From Candidatus Omnitrophota bacterium (lineage in GTDB: Bacteria > Omnitrophota > Gorgyraeia > JABMRG01): a stretch of DNA of 59,172 nucleotides. This document shows, piece by piece, positions 9,002 to 18,570 of this stretch. The notes below the pieces were generated by a model. The model did not search any database, was not told where the DNA came from, and worked only from the letters and a program-made list of their open reading frames with translations. The stretch covers positions 1 to 59,172 of the forward strand of contig JBHPDT010000003.1 in NCBI GenBank assembly GCA_042577545.1, given 5' to 3'. Within the stretch, counting starts at the first letter, position 1. Every line of letters starts with the position of its first letter. The position numbers and the translations under genes are program-made.

Positions 9002-9083
9002 GGGACGTTGCTCAATCGGGGGTACTTGTGCCTGCCTCGCCGCAGGCGGGCTCAAGCGAAGTCCCCGAAGGGGACAACGTCCC
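9002..9083. repeat. REP-like palindrome E2 (composite) downstream of hflX
   Basis: Outer arms GGGACGTTG (9002-9010) and CAACGTCCC (9075-9083) match the E1/E3 arms. The interior carries the extra hairpins GCCTGC-ctcgcc-GCAGGC and GTCCCC-gaa-GGGGAC. On the minus strand it is followed by CCCTAAAGGGTTTTC. Confidence 0.6.
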
Positions 9084-9103
9084 TGAAGTATTTTTTTACA
9101 GAG

Positions 9104-10366
9104 TTAGATATTGAGGGTCATTTTGGTGGGGATAATTGCCTTTATGCGGACACCTTCGGGGGAGTCGTTTCTCTCAATGACTTTGCCTTCTTGATATATC
9201 TTATTCAATAGGCCTAATTTGTTATAAGGCACTACTAAATCAACAGTTCTAACAAGTGATTTGAGTTTTTTGCTGATAATATCAGATAAACCCCCAAACC
9301 CTGTCTCTTTCAGGGCTGAGATCGCCACGCAGTCTCCTATATTTCTTCGAAAGCGCTCGATCGTATACTTATTATCCAGGAGATCCACCTTGTTTAATGC
9401 CGTAATAATAGGCTTATCATAAGCATCTAACTCTTTAAGCACAGAATATACCGCCTTAAGATGTTCATCTGCCTTAGCGCTGCTTATATCAATTACATGA
9501 AGCAGAAGATCAGCCTCCTTAACCTCCTCAAGTGTTGCCTTAAAGGCCTCGATCAACCCATGAGGAATATCATGGATAAAACCTACGGTATCGATAAACA
9601 GCAGTTTTTGGTTATTGGGAAGTGAATATCTACGTGAGACCGCGTCAAGAGTACAGAAGAGCTTATTATCCGCATCAACTGAAGAACCTGTAAGCTGATT
9701 TAAGAGTGTGGACTTACCAGCATTCGTATATCCTACAATAGCGACTGTGGCAAGAGAATGCTCTGAGCGATTACGCCTTAGCTGGCTGCGCCTCTTCTCA
9801 AGGCTGGTAAGATCGGTCTTGATATATTTTATCTTTCTCATTATACCTCTGCGATCTGTCTCAAGCATCTGCTCACCTGGGCCGCGAGTACCGATACCAC
9901 CTCCAAGGCGTGAGAGCTTAATGCCAAGGCCTGAAAGTCTCGGAAGCGCGTATTCCAGCTGCGCTAACTCAACCTGCAGTTTACCTTCATTAGTATGGGC
10001 GCGCTGAGCAAATACATCCAATATAAGCTGGGTTCTATCTACTACCTTGATCTTTAAAACCTCTTTAAGGTTGCGTCCTTGAGTTGGAGAGAGATTTCTA
10101 CTAAATAGTACCGCGTCTATCTCACCATCATAAGCATCTATGAGCGCGCGGACCTCCTCAAGCTTGCCTTTTCCAACAAGATAGTTTGGGGTAAGCTTAT
10201 CCCTCTTGCATCTGATCTCATCTACTACATTAGCGCCGCTTGAGGTAGCGAGCTTCCTAAGCTCTTTGGCAGAATCATCCGCCCCCCAGCCTCTCTTCTC
10301 ATCTTCGGGAAGGGCTACTGTAACTAGAACAACCTTCTCTTTTAAGCGCTCTTTGATCTCATACAT
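9104..10366 (-). CDS. hflX: GTPase HflX
   Basis: 420 aa. HflX N-domain (ELRKLATSSGA, LILDVFAQRAHTNEGKLQVELAQL) and G-domain (VGYTNAGKSTLLNQLTG, DTVGF, NKVD). Confidence 0.92.
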   Translation of the reverse strand: MYEIKERLKEKVVLVTVALPEDEKRGWGADDSAKELRKLATSSGANVVDEIRCKRDKLTPNYLVGKGKLEEVRALIDAYDGEIDAVLFSRNLSPTQGRNLKEVLKIKVVDRTQLILDVFAQRAHTNEGKLQVELAQLEYALPRLSGLGIKLSRLGGGIGTRGPGEQMLETDRRGIMRKIKYIKTDLTSLEKRRSQLRRNRSEHSLATVAIVGYTNAGKSTLLNQLTGSSVDADNKLFCTLDAVSRRYSLPNNQKLLFIDTVGFIHDIPHGLIEAFKATLEEVKEADLLLHVIDISSAKADEHLKAVYSVLKELDAYDKPIITALNKVDLLDNKYTIERFRRNIGDCVAISALKETGFGGLSDIISKKLKSLVRTVDLVVPYNKLGLLNKIYQEGKVIERNDSPEGVRIKAIIPTKMTLNI

Positions 10367-11295
10367 AGTGATCCTATTTTCTTTGCTATAACATCTGGCC
10401 TTTTGTAATCAACATCTACCCATATTATCCTATCATCATTGCGAAACCACGATAACTGTCTTTTTGCAAAATGGCGTGTATTTCTCTTGATCAATTTCTT
10501 TGCTTGGGTAAGCGACATCTTTGAATCCAGGTAATCAAATACCTCAACATACCCTAGAGCCTTCTTTGCGGTCACAGACAATCTCTTATCCTTTAAACTG
10601 CGGCACTCATCAACAAGTCCTTCCTTAAACATCTCATTTACGCGCTCATCAATCCTCTTGTATAACCTGGAGCGCTGGCGTCCTAAGCAGAAAACTTTTA
10701 TATCATTATCATCAGCCAGGCCCTTTGTCTTCTTCTTAAGAATGGACATGGGCACGTCTGTATTTATATAGATCTCCAATGCCCTTATTATGCGCCTGGT
10801 ATCGTTTGGGTGTAAAAGCTGAGCTGTCTCCTTATCGACCTCTGTGAGTTTCTTGTGCAAAAAACCTGCTCCATGGATCTCTTCTTCCTTTGCTAATATT
10901 GCCCGTAATGTCGTATCAGCAGGAGGCGATGGAAAGAGCCCATCTATTAAGGCCTTCATATATAAGGCTGTGCCGCCTACAATTAATGGCACCTTATCTT
11001 TCTTATGAATCTTCTTTATTAAGGTGATGGTCTTAGCGCAAAACCTAGCTACGCTAAAAGTTTCTGATGGGCTAACAATATCGATCATATGATGGGAGAC
11101 CTGCTCCAGCTGGGAAGATGTGGGTTTCTGAGTCCCTATATCCATGCCCTTATAGATCTGCATAGAGTCACATGAGATTATTTCAGCATCGATTATCTTT
11201 GCTAAGTGGAGTGATGTCTCTGTCTTGCCGACAGCGGTGGGACCTACTAAAAAAACTATATCTTTCATATTCTCAGGTGTTGATTCTTGTAGCAA
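10342..11295 (-). CDS. miaA: tRNA dimethylallyltransferase MiaA
   Basis: VGPTAVGKTETSLHLAKIIDAEIISCDSMQIYKGMDIGTQKP and GGTALYMKALIDG. The true start may be the MKDIVF methionine 9 codons downstream. Confidence 0.92.
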   Translation of the reverse strand: MLQESTPENMKDIVFLVGPTAVGKTETSLHLAKIIDAEIISCDSMQIYKGMDIGTQKPTSSQLEQVSHHMIDIVSPSETFSVARFCAKTITLIKKIHKKDKVPLIVGGTALYMKALIDGLFPSPPADTTLRAILAKEEEIHGAGFLHKKLTEVDKETAQLLHPNDTRRIIRALEIYINTDVPMSILKKKTKGLADDNDIKVFCLGRQRSRLYKRIDERVNEMFKEGLVDECRSLKDKRLSVTAKKALGYVEVFDYLDSKMSLTQAKKLIKRNTRHFAKRQLSWFRNDDRIIWVDVDYKRPDVIAKKIGSLCMRSKSA

Positions 11296-12031
11296 AACCT
11301 TGCCTCTTCAATTTACTTGCCATCCTGTTAGCTTCTTCTTTGGTATTAAACTGACCGATTTTGACTCTATATAGGAGTTTATCTTTCCTATAACCTTTTT
11401 CTACATATGCGCTGTGGCCTTTTTTACTTAAAGTCCTCACACACTTATCTGCGTTAGTGCGCTTAGAAAACGCCCCTACCTGAATAGTAAAATAGGATAT
11501 ATCCCTCTTTAGGTATTTCTTCGCATCATCTACTTCTAAGCTCAACGGATAATCACGCAAAATCTTTGAAAAAGATTCCTCAGACTCCTGCCATTTGCCT
11601 TGCTTTAATTGACTCTCGCCCAATCTTAAATAGGCTATACTCGCGTATCCTGTTGATGAGTTCTCTCTTAATAATTTCCTATAGTATTCCTCTGATTTTT
11701 GAAAATTACCTTCAATAAAATATGAGTCAGCAATACCTAGAATAGCCTCTGATCTCATAGATGCGCGTTTATAATTATCTATAATAAAGGTAAAGTTTTT
11801 ACGAGCTTCATCAGGCCTATCTAGCTTAAGAAAAGATAGACCCATAATATATCGTCCTTCTTCACCAAGGGTCTTATCATCCGCGATCTCTCTGCATCTA
11901 CTTAACGCCTTAAGATAATCACCCTTCAGATATTCACCCCACGCCTGTTGAAGCATAGCCTGGCTAGCGAACGCGCTGTGAGAAATAACAGATGCTACGA
12001 TAATGAGGATCACCACTCTTAATAGTTTCAC
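11273..12031 (-). CDS. Secreted TPR-repeat protein with C-terminal SPOR domain
   Basis: Signal peptide MKLLRVVILIIVASVISHSAFA, TPR-like repeats, and a C-terminal FTIQVGAFSKRTNADK...YRVKIGQFNTKEEANRMASKLKRQGF that is typical of SPOR peptidoglycan-binding domains. Confidence 0.75.
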   Translation of the reverse strand: MKLLRVVILIIVASVISHSAFASQAMLQQAWGEYLKGDYLKALSRCREIADDKTLGEEGRYIMGLSFLKLDRPDEARKNFTFIIDNYKRASMRSEAILGIADSYFIEGNFQKSEEYYRKLLRENSSTGYASIAYLRLGESQLKQGKWQESEESFSKILRDYPLSLEVDDAKKYLKRDISYFTIQVGAFSKRTNADKCVRTLSKKGHSAYVEKGYRKDKLLYRVKIGQFNTKEEANRMASKLKRQGFATRINT

Positions 12032-12098
12032 TCTACTCCTCCCCTAGGAAATAATACCAGTATCTCTGATTTTTTAGAACACGCTATCAAATAAGCTT

Positions 12099-14435
12099 CT
12101 AGTAATATACGTGTTCCAGGCTTATTCTGGCGCTCTTTCTCTTAAAAATGTGCCACTTACCGGTTTTTATCTGAACAAACTTATTAAAGACAGCTATCTT
12201 AAGAGGCGCCTTTCGCTGCGCGGCTACCTTTATCTTAATTGTGTTATTAGTAACCTTAAAATGCACAGAAACACCCTCGAAGATCAGTGAAAAGATTACC
12301 TCCCTCCAGGAATAAGGAAGAATCGGATTAATAGTAAGTTTCTCCTTTCTTATCCTGACACCGCAAAATCCGAATATTACCGCCTGCCATACACCTCCTA
12401 GGGATGCGGCGTGCATACCCTCTTTTGTATTGCGAAATAGATTGCTTATATCCATTCGCAGCGCCACATTAAAGAAGCTATAGGCCCTCTGCATATCTCC
12501 TACGTCGCAAGCGCAGATAGAATGCATAGAGGGACTCAAGGAAGAGCTGTGGAGTGTTCTGTCCACATAAAATCTGTAATTATTTATTTTAGTCTTTGAC
12601 GTAAAAACATCATCTAGCAGATAAATAAGCATCAGAACATCCGCTTGCTTAACCAATTGAGTCTTCTCAATATCCCTAGATCCCAATTTGCCCGATATGA
12701 TGGGCATACCATTCTCATCCTTACTAGTAGGTATGACTTTCTTTAACTTCAGGTATCCATCAAACTGTTCTATTATATTATCCTTTGTGATATTAAATAC
12801 GATAGATGATGATATGCGTTTCCATTCAGCCGCTTCCTTATCGCTTAATGAAAGCTTGTTCTTTATCTTATTATAAAAACTTTTATCCTTTTTTATCTTG
12901 TAAAAAAGTTTATATGCTATAATGAGATTCCACTTAGCCATCATGTTGGTAAAAGCGTTATTATTCACATTAACATGAAACTCATCCGGACCAATAACAT
13001 TAAGTATGCTGTATTTTGATGTCCTCTTATTATATTTTACCCTCGATGCCCAAAATCGAGCTGTCTCAAACATCACCTCATACCCGTAGTCTCGGAAAAA
13101 CTTCTCGTCCTTGGTAACCACATAATATTTATAAAAAGCGTAAGCCACATCCGCTGTTATATGATGCTCAAATTCATGTGTATGAACCCGTGTTATTTTT
13201 CCGTTAATATCCCTAGCCCACGCCGGCGTATTATCCTCTCCTGTTGAGGCTGATTCCCAGGCAAACTTAGCTCCTTTATAAGCCTCTTCTTTTGCGAGCT
13301 GACGCGAAGCATCCAGTCTTCTATATCTATAGAGAAGCATATTCTTTGCAACTTCTGGTAATGTAAAAAGGTAGAAAGGCATGAGGAATATCTCACCATC
13401 CCAGAATATGTGACCTCGATAGCCTTCACCGCTAAGAGTCCGGGCGCCTATGCTGGAAAAACCGTTATCGCGCGCCGCGACAGTAAGCATATGATAGATA
13501 TTAAAGCGCAGATTCTGTTGCAAATTTGATGTACCGCTTATAATGATATCAGCCCTGCTCCAGAGTTTGTGCCAAGAATCTATATGCTCTTTGAGTATCC
13601 GTTTAAAATCGCCCTTAAAATAGAGCATGAACTGCTTATGAGTCCTTAATTTAACATTAGCCCGCTTACCTTCTTGGCAAGGAAATCTCTTTATATGAAA
13701 GACCTTTGTAAATATGGTAGGCTTGTTCTTCTTAAGGCTCAATTTAAACACATTATCCTTGGCAAAAACCCTTTTCCTGTTCTGCTCATAATAAAAACCG
13801 CTCCAATAAGCGATAGAATGCTTCTTCTCAAGGGTTTCTATAACAAGGTAACCTGCTTTGTCCTGCTGCCCTAGTTCTCTAATTCGAAAATGCTTCTTCT
13901 TAGTCCCCTCACTGATAACAGGCGCATTGTAGACAGCTGTATCTATTCCTGTATTTATATCGACTGTGCAATCATCGTCAAGAGGCGTAACTATTATCTG
14001 CATTACACCTATATTCTTATTCTTCATAGATAGAAACATGAGAGATTGATAATCATAGCGTCTTTTTTTTCTGTCCCTATAAATGTCCTGGCGAATGAGC
14101 AGTCCTTTTCTCATATTAAGTACTCTCTTATGCGAAAGAAGATCCATCGCCACTACATCGAGCTTATGTCCTTCTATTGTAAATTTAAAATTCATGGGAG
14201 AGGGTAGATTTACTAACTCATCTACCTGCGATCCCATATTATCATACAATCCAGCTATATACAGACCGGGCCAGCACCCCTGCGGAGACTCTTCAAGAGA
14301 GGCCCTGGCGCCGAGATATCCATTGCTAAGTGAGAACTGGCTCTCCCTTATATTCTGAAGTTTCTTAACCCATTCGGTCTCTTTAATAAGCCAAAGTTCT
14401 TCATTTGTGTAACTGGAATAAAAATCTTTTACCAT
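12099..14435 (-). CDS. Glycoside hydrolase family 65 (disaccharide phosphorylase-like)
   Basis: 778 aa. GEGYRGHIFWDGEIFLMPFYLFTLPEVAKNMLLYRYRRLDASRQLAKEEAYKGAKFAWESASTGEDNTP is characteristic of GH65 maltose/trehalose/kojibiose phosphorylases. Confidence 0.85.
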   Translation of the reverse strand: MVKDFYSSYTNEELWLIKETEWVKKLQNIRESQFSLSNGYLGARASLEESPQGCWPGLYIAGLYDNMGSQVDELVNLPSPMNFKFTIEGHKLDVVAMDLLSHKRVLNMRKGLLIRQDIYRDRKKRRYDYQSLMFLSMKNKNIGVMQIIVTPLDDDCTVDINTGIDTAVYNAPVISEGTKKKHFRIRELGQQDKAGYLVIETLEKKHSIAYWSGFYYEQNRKRVFAKDNVFKLSLKKNKPTIFTKVFHIKRFPCQEGKRANVKLRTHKQFMLYFKGDFKRILKEHIDSWHKLWSRADIIISGTSNLQQNLRFNIYHMLTVAARDNGFSSIGARTLSGEGYRGHIFWDGEIFLMPFYLFTLPEVAKNMLLYRYRRLDASRQLAKEEAYKGAKFAWESASTGEDNTPAWARDINGKITRVHTHEFEHHITADVAYAFYKYYVVTKDEKFFRDYGYEVMFETARFWASRVKYNKRTSKYSILNVIGPDEFHVNVNNNAFTNMMAKWNLIIAYKLFYKIKKDKSFYNKIKNKLSLSDKEAAEWKRISSSIVFNITKDNIIEQFDGYLKLKKVIPTSKDENGMPIISGKLGSRDIEKTQLVKQADVLMLIYLLDDVFTSKTKINNYRFYVDRTLHSSSLSPSMHSICACDVGDMQRAYSFFNVALRMDISNLFRNTKEGMHAASLGGVWQAVIFGFCGVRIRKEKLTINPILPYSWREVIFSLIFEGVSVHFKVTNNTIKIKVAAQRKAPLKIAVFNKFVQIKTGKWHIFKRKSARISLEHVYY

Positions 14436-14446
14436 CTAGATCCTCT

Positions 14447-15502
14447 CTATTTAGAAAGTGTATCTTCATAAACCTTAAGGTAACCGCGCACCATCTGCTC
14501 TCTGGAAAAATTCCTCTCAACGTGTCTGCGGCAGTCCGCTGGTTTTATCTCATTTATCCTTTTGGTGACCTCTATCATCTCTTCCTCTGACTCCACAATA
14601 AATCCTGTCTTACCGTCAATTATCACCTCTGGCGCGGCGCCTCGCCTTAAAGCCATAACAGGCGTGCCGCATGCCATAGATTCTATCATAACAAGACCAA
14701 AAGGCTCTTCCCATTGACTGGTAAAAAGAGTGCATTTGGCCCGTTTCATAAGATCCAGTATCATATGTCTGGGAATCTCCTTATGAAATTGGAAAAAGAG
14801 ATGCTGCGGGTACCTGTCTATCCACGGCAGTATCTCTTTACGAAAGAACTCCTTTTCAAAATCCTCTGTCATCTTAACAGCCATAACAAGGTTCACCCCT
14901 GCTTTACTGGCTACCCGTATAGCTAAATCGAGTCCCTTTTCCCAATTAACACGCCCAACAAATAGGAAAAAATCCTCCTTCTTCTTCTGCCACTCGATAA
15001 TCTTTGGATTAATACAGTTATAAACATTTCCTGAGAAACGTATATCCTTATTGAGCATCAGATGTAATTCCTGCTGTCGCTTTGATATAGACACAAAGCT
15101 GTTCTTTGGATTCTTTGATAATTCAACGCATGTCTCAACAGTAGATTCATTTGCCGGACCATGCAGTGTATAGACGCAAGGTATATCAACCGTTGCCTCA
15201 TTATGTGTATGACAATGTATAATATCCACACCTTCGCAACCTGCCGCTGAAAAGGCGTATTTTGAAGCTATCTCCCCAGCCAAAAGCTTTACATCCATAG
15301 GAGAATCTAAACCAAGATACGCTTCTCCTTCAATATAAGGCAATATCCTACAAGATGCCTTAGATTCTTTGGGCGCGATAAGAACAACTTCATGTCCTAA
15401 TTTCGCGAGCCCCTCAACCAGGTTATATATCACAAATTCAATACCACCATACTTTGGGGGTGGTATGGGAATCCATGGAGGGGCTATCACAGCTATCTTC
15501 AT
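14447..15502 (-). CDS. Glycosyltransferase family 4 (GT-B), tandem paralogue 2
   Basis: MKIAVIAPPWIPIPPPKYGGIEFVIYNLVEGL and EEPFGLVMIESMACGTPVMALRRGAAPEVIIDGKTGF. By eye about half its residues are shared with the upstream paralogue. Confidence 0.85.
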   Translation of the reverse strand: MKIAVIAPPWIPIPPPKYGGIEFVIYNLVEGLAKLGHEVVLIAPKESKASCRILPYIEGEAYLGLDSPMDVKLLAGEIASKYAFSAAGCEGVDIIHCHTHNEATVDIPCVYTLHGPANESTVETCVELSKNPKNSFVSISKRQQELHLMLNKDIRFSGNVYNCINPKIIEWQKKKEDFFLFVGRVNWEKGLDLAIRVASKAGVNLVMAVKMTEDFEKEFFRKEILPWIDRYPQHLFFQFHKEIPRHMILDLMKRAKCTLFTSQWEEPFGLVMIESMACGTPVMALRRGAAPEVIIDGKTGFIVESEEEMIEVTKRINEIKPADCRRHVERNFSREQMVRGYLKVYEDTLSK

Positions 15503-16584
15503 TTTCCGCGCCTTCTTTTTACCGGGCTGCGCATAGACAGCACTTTCTCATAATTAGAAATATATTTTTTTGCCATACCTAGTCTTGAGTAATTCTTTAG
15601 AACGTGGTCTCTGCAATCTTGCGGGTCTATCTGATCTATTTTTTTAATCGCCTCCACCATCTCATCTTCTGTATTTACAACAAAACCTGTCTTTCCATCA
15701 ATTATAATCTCAGATGCCGCGCCTCTCCTGTATGCGATAACCGGAGTACCGCATGCCATAGATTCAATCATAACAATTCCAAATGGCTGTTCCCATTGAG
15801 CGGTAAATAAGGTGCATTTAGCTCGTTTATACAAATCCAAAATATTGGGCCGCAGTATCTCCCCATAAAGCTGAAGCTGAAGATCTCTTGGATATTGATC
15901 TATAAGCGGCTGTATCTCTTTGCTGAAAAAATCCTTCTCCTCATTATCTACCATCTTAATAGCCATAACAAGGTTGACCCTCGCCCTTGACGCGACCCTT
16001 AAGACCGTATCCAGGCCTTTTTGCCAGCTTGCTCTTCCAACGCAAAGAAAAAAGTTATCCTTATCCTTTCCCCACTCTATGCCATCTACATTAATAGCGT
16101 GCGGTACAACATCCATAAATTCAATATTGGGATCCATGGTCTGATAGAGATCTTTCTGCTTATTTGAGGCGGCAATGAGGTGATTATTAGGATTCTTGCA
16201 TAATTTGGAGGCCTGGGATACAGCGCCTTCTGTAGCCGCGCTGTATATGGTCCTTAGGATCGGCACATCTGAATTATAATTGAAAAGAGTATGATCATGA
16301 ATTATATCCACTTTTTCATAACGCGCGTGGGCAAAGGCATATTTAAGTGAGAGCTCCCTTACTATTAACTTAAACTCCTCACTAGAATCCATCCCGAAAT
16401 ACGTATGAGACTTAAAATACGGGAACAACTTACAGCTTACATTAGATTCTGGCCGGGCAAAGAGAATGACATCGTGCTTGAGCTCTGTTAAACCTTCCAC
16501 AAGATTCCACACCACAGTCTCAATGCCACCGTATTTTTCCGGTGGTACCGCTATCCATGGAGGGGCTATAATAGCTATCTTCAT
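15499..16584 (-). CDS. Glycosyltransferase family 4 (GT-B), tandem paralogue 1
   Basis: MKIAIIAPPWIAVPPEKYGGIETVVWNLVEGL and EQPFGIVMIESMACGTPVIAYRRGAASEIIIDGKTGF. It has 4-nt overlaps with both neighbours. Confidence 0.85.
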   Translation of the reverse strand: MKIAIIAPPWIAVPPEKYGGIETVVWNLVEGLTELKHDVILFARPESNVSCKLFPYFKSHTYFGMDSSEEFKLIVRELSLKYAFAHARYEKVDIIHDHTLFNYNSDVPILRTIYSAATEGAVSQASKLCKNPNNHLIAASNKQKDLYQTMDPNIEFMDVVPHAINVDGIEWGKDKDNFFLCVGRASWQKGLDTVLRVASRARVNLVMAIKMVDNEEKDFFSKEIQPLIDQYPRDLQLQLYGEILRPNILDLYKRAKCTLFTAQWEQPFGIVMIESMACGTPVIAYRRGAASEIIIDGKTGFVVNTEDEMVEAIKKIDQIDPQDCRDHVLKNYSRLGMAKKYISNYEKVLSMRSPVKRRRGK

Positions 16585-18020
16585 ATTGCGCCTTTTAATT
16601 CACCTATTAGCGTCTTCTCTTCAATGTCCTTTATTTTAACATCAGAGAGGGCTCCTATCAAGCTCTTATCTCCTTTATATACAACTTGCTGGTTACCGCG
16701 GGTTCTTCCCTTTATAAAAAAACCTGAGAGATCATTTGACGCTGATGGCTTTCTCTTAGCAGGCCTAAGACCCAGAGCCTCTTCCACTGAACCGATACGC
16801 TGTTCATTCTTATATCTTGTCATATCATTCTGAAGAATAAGGAGAGATTGATTACGCTCCTCCTTTATTTTTCTGGGAACATCATCATCAAGATCCGCTG
16901 CCTTTGTAAAAGGCCTGGGTGAATATTTAAAAATAAAGGAGCTATCAAATTTGATCTCTTTCATAAGCATGTATGTATCCATAAAGTCTTTATCGCTCTC
17001 CCCCGGAAATCCCACTATAATATCTGTTGTGATAGTAACATCTGGTATTATCTTCCGTAGTGAATCAACAAGCCCCAAGTAATGAGAGACCGTGTATTTT
17101 CTGTTCATAAGCTTTAGTATTCTATCAGCACCAGACTGCAGAGGAATATGAAGATGCTCACATACCTTTTTTAGATCCCTCATAGCGCTAAAAAGATATA
17201 CTGATACGTCCTTAGGATGAGATGTCATAAAACGGATCCGTTCTAATCCATCTATCTTGTTTATCTCCTCTAATAATCCAACAAAATCTGGTAACTGGTT
17301 ACTGGTTTCCCCTCGACGTCGCTCGGGACTTCCTTTGGTCGCTGGTTTCTCTCCGTAGGAGTTCACATTTTGCCCCAATAGAGTCACCTCTTTAGTGCCG
17401 GCATCAACAAGCCTCTTGATCTCATCTATTATATCTTTAGCTGGCCTTGAGGCCTCTCTGCCCCTTACATGAGGCACGATACAGTATGAGCAGAAATTAT
17501 CACAACCCTCACCAATATTAACAAACGCCCTGATCTTCTCATCACGATAAGCAGCTGAACCTTTCTTCATAGGCCTTTTTTCTCGTCCTATAGATACTAT
17601 ATGCTTTTTACCAGCTCTTATCTTATCTATGATCTCTGGTATATCATATATATTAGCTGGGCCGCAAACAAAATCGACATGAGGTAGTCTCCTAAAGACC
17701 TCTTTGCCATAGGCCTTTCCCATGCAACCGACTAAGCCCAAAATTCTTTTGGGCTTAGTCGCCCCCCTGCTTAGTTTTGCGCTAGCAAAACTAGGGGGGC
17801 CTATTACTTTCACCAAACTACCTAGATTCCCCCACACCCGATCCTCAGCGTGTTTGCGCACAGAGCATGTATTATATATAATAAGATCCGCCTCATCAGC
17901 AGACTGCACAGGGGCATACCCCTCCTGCATCATCATCCCGCAGATGATCTCACTATCCCGCTCGTTCATCTGACAGCCGTAGGTTTTGATAAATACTGTT
18001 TTATTAAGGCGTTGACTCAT
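16581..18020 (-). CDS. miaB: tRNA-2-methylthio-N6-dimethylallyladenosine synthase MiaB (methylthiotransferase)
   Basis: N-terminal FIKTYGCQMNERDSE..IYNTCSVR..VGCMG cluster ligands, radical SAM CDNFCSYCIVP, and a C-terminal TRAM-like region. It contains extra in-frame segments (see 17730-17800). Confidence 0.9.
   Translation of the reverse strand: MSQRLNKTVFIKTYGCQMNERDSEIICGMMMQEGYAPVQSADEADLIIYNTCSVRKHAEDRVWGNLGSLVKVIGPPSFASAKLSRGATKPKRILGLVGCMGKAYGKEVFRRLPHVDFVCGPANIYDIPEIIDKIRAGKKHIVSIGREKRPMKKGSAAYRDEKIRAFVNIGEGCDNFCSYCIVPHVRGREASRPAKDIIDEIKRLVDAGTKEVTLLGQNVNSYGEKPATKGSPERRRGETSNQLPDFVGLLEEINKIDGLERIRFMTSHPKDVSVYLFSAMRDLKKVCEHLHIPLQSGADRILKLMNRKYTVSHYLGLVDSLRKIIPDVTITTDIIVGFPGESDKDFMDTYMLMKEIKFDSSFIFKYSPRPFTKAADLDDDVPRKIKEERNQSLLILQNDMTRYKNEQRIGSVEEALGLRPAKRKPSASNDLSGFFIKGRTRGNQQVVYKGDKSLIGALSDVKIKDIEEKTLIGELKGAI
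17730..17800. repeat. Two adjacent strong hairpins embedded in-frame in miaB
   Basis: Hairpin A (17730-17760) is GACTAAGCCCAAAA-ttc-TTTTGGGCTTAGTC, a perfect 14-bp stem. Hairpin B (17761-17800) pairs CCCCCCT/AGGGGGG and GCAAAACT/AGTTTTGC with a small bulge. Together they encode GPPSFASAKLSRGATKPKRILGLV, inserted just before the conserved VGCMG. Confidence 0.7.
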
Positions 18021-18167
18021 AATGTGTTATATTCTTTTTCAAAATCGTATATACTAAAACTGATAGTACCGTTAGTAGCAGTATATATGACCATCGCATG
18101 ATGCTGATCAGACCAATGTTACACAAGGGTTGCAATTTTATTAACTGCCTGTTGTTTTTTATCTCCT

Positions 18168-18545
18168 TTATTGCCCTATTACCTTTCTGGCAATAACAAA
18201 TAATACCAAGAAAATTAAATCAAGAAAAGCGAAAACAACCCAAATAGTCGGTATACTAACGGACATCCAATGAAATAGTACCACCCCGGAATAGGATATC
18301 TTCAGTAAGATTCCGTACAGGATCAAGCTGCGATTTGCTAGTGGGTTTCTGGCAATATTAAAAAACATGATCGCAAAAATGATCAACAACAGTGCCGGAA
18401 ACTGAACATAACCAACATGATTGGGCGGAGGCACATTGGCCGCTTTAAAAAGCTGATAAGGAATCAACACAAACAACAATCCTAAGATTCCGTCATACAA
18501 ACCCGCTATCACAAAAAACGGTTTGATCCATTTAGGCATTCCCAT
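18168..18545 (-). CDS. Small integral membrane protein (about 4 TM), unknown function
   Basis: 125 aa, strongly hydrophobic segments. It is the last gene of the lipid-like cluster. Confidence 0.55.
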   Translation of the reverse strand: MGMPKWIKPFFVIAGLYDGILGLLFVLIPYQLFKAANVPPPNHVGYVQFPALLLIIFAIMFFNIARNPLANRSLILYGILLKISYSGVVLFHWMSVSIPTIWVVFAFLDLIFLVLFVIARKVIGQ

Positions 18546-18570
18546 CTCAACCTCCTTTGTGGTTGGTTTT

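Noticed and set aside
18021-18167. CAGTTTTAG upstream of the real miaB as a homologue of the 27-bp core
   Set aside because: Only a 9-nt match was found, which is expected by chance in a window of this size and AT content.
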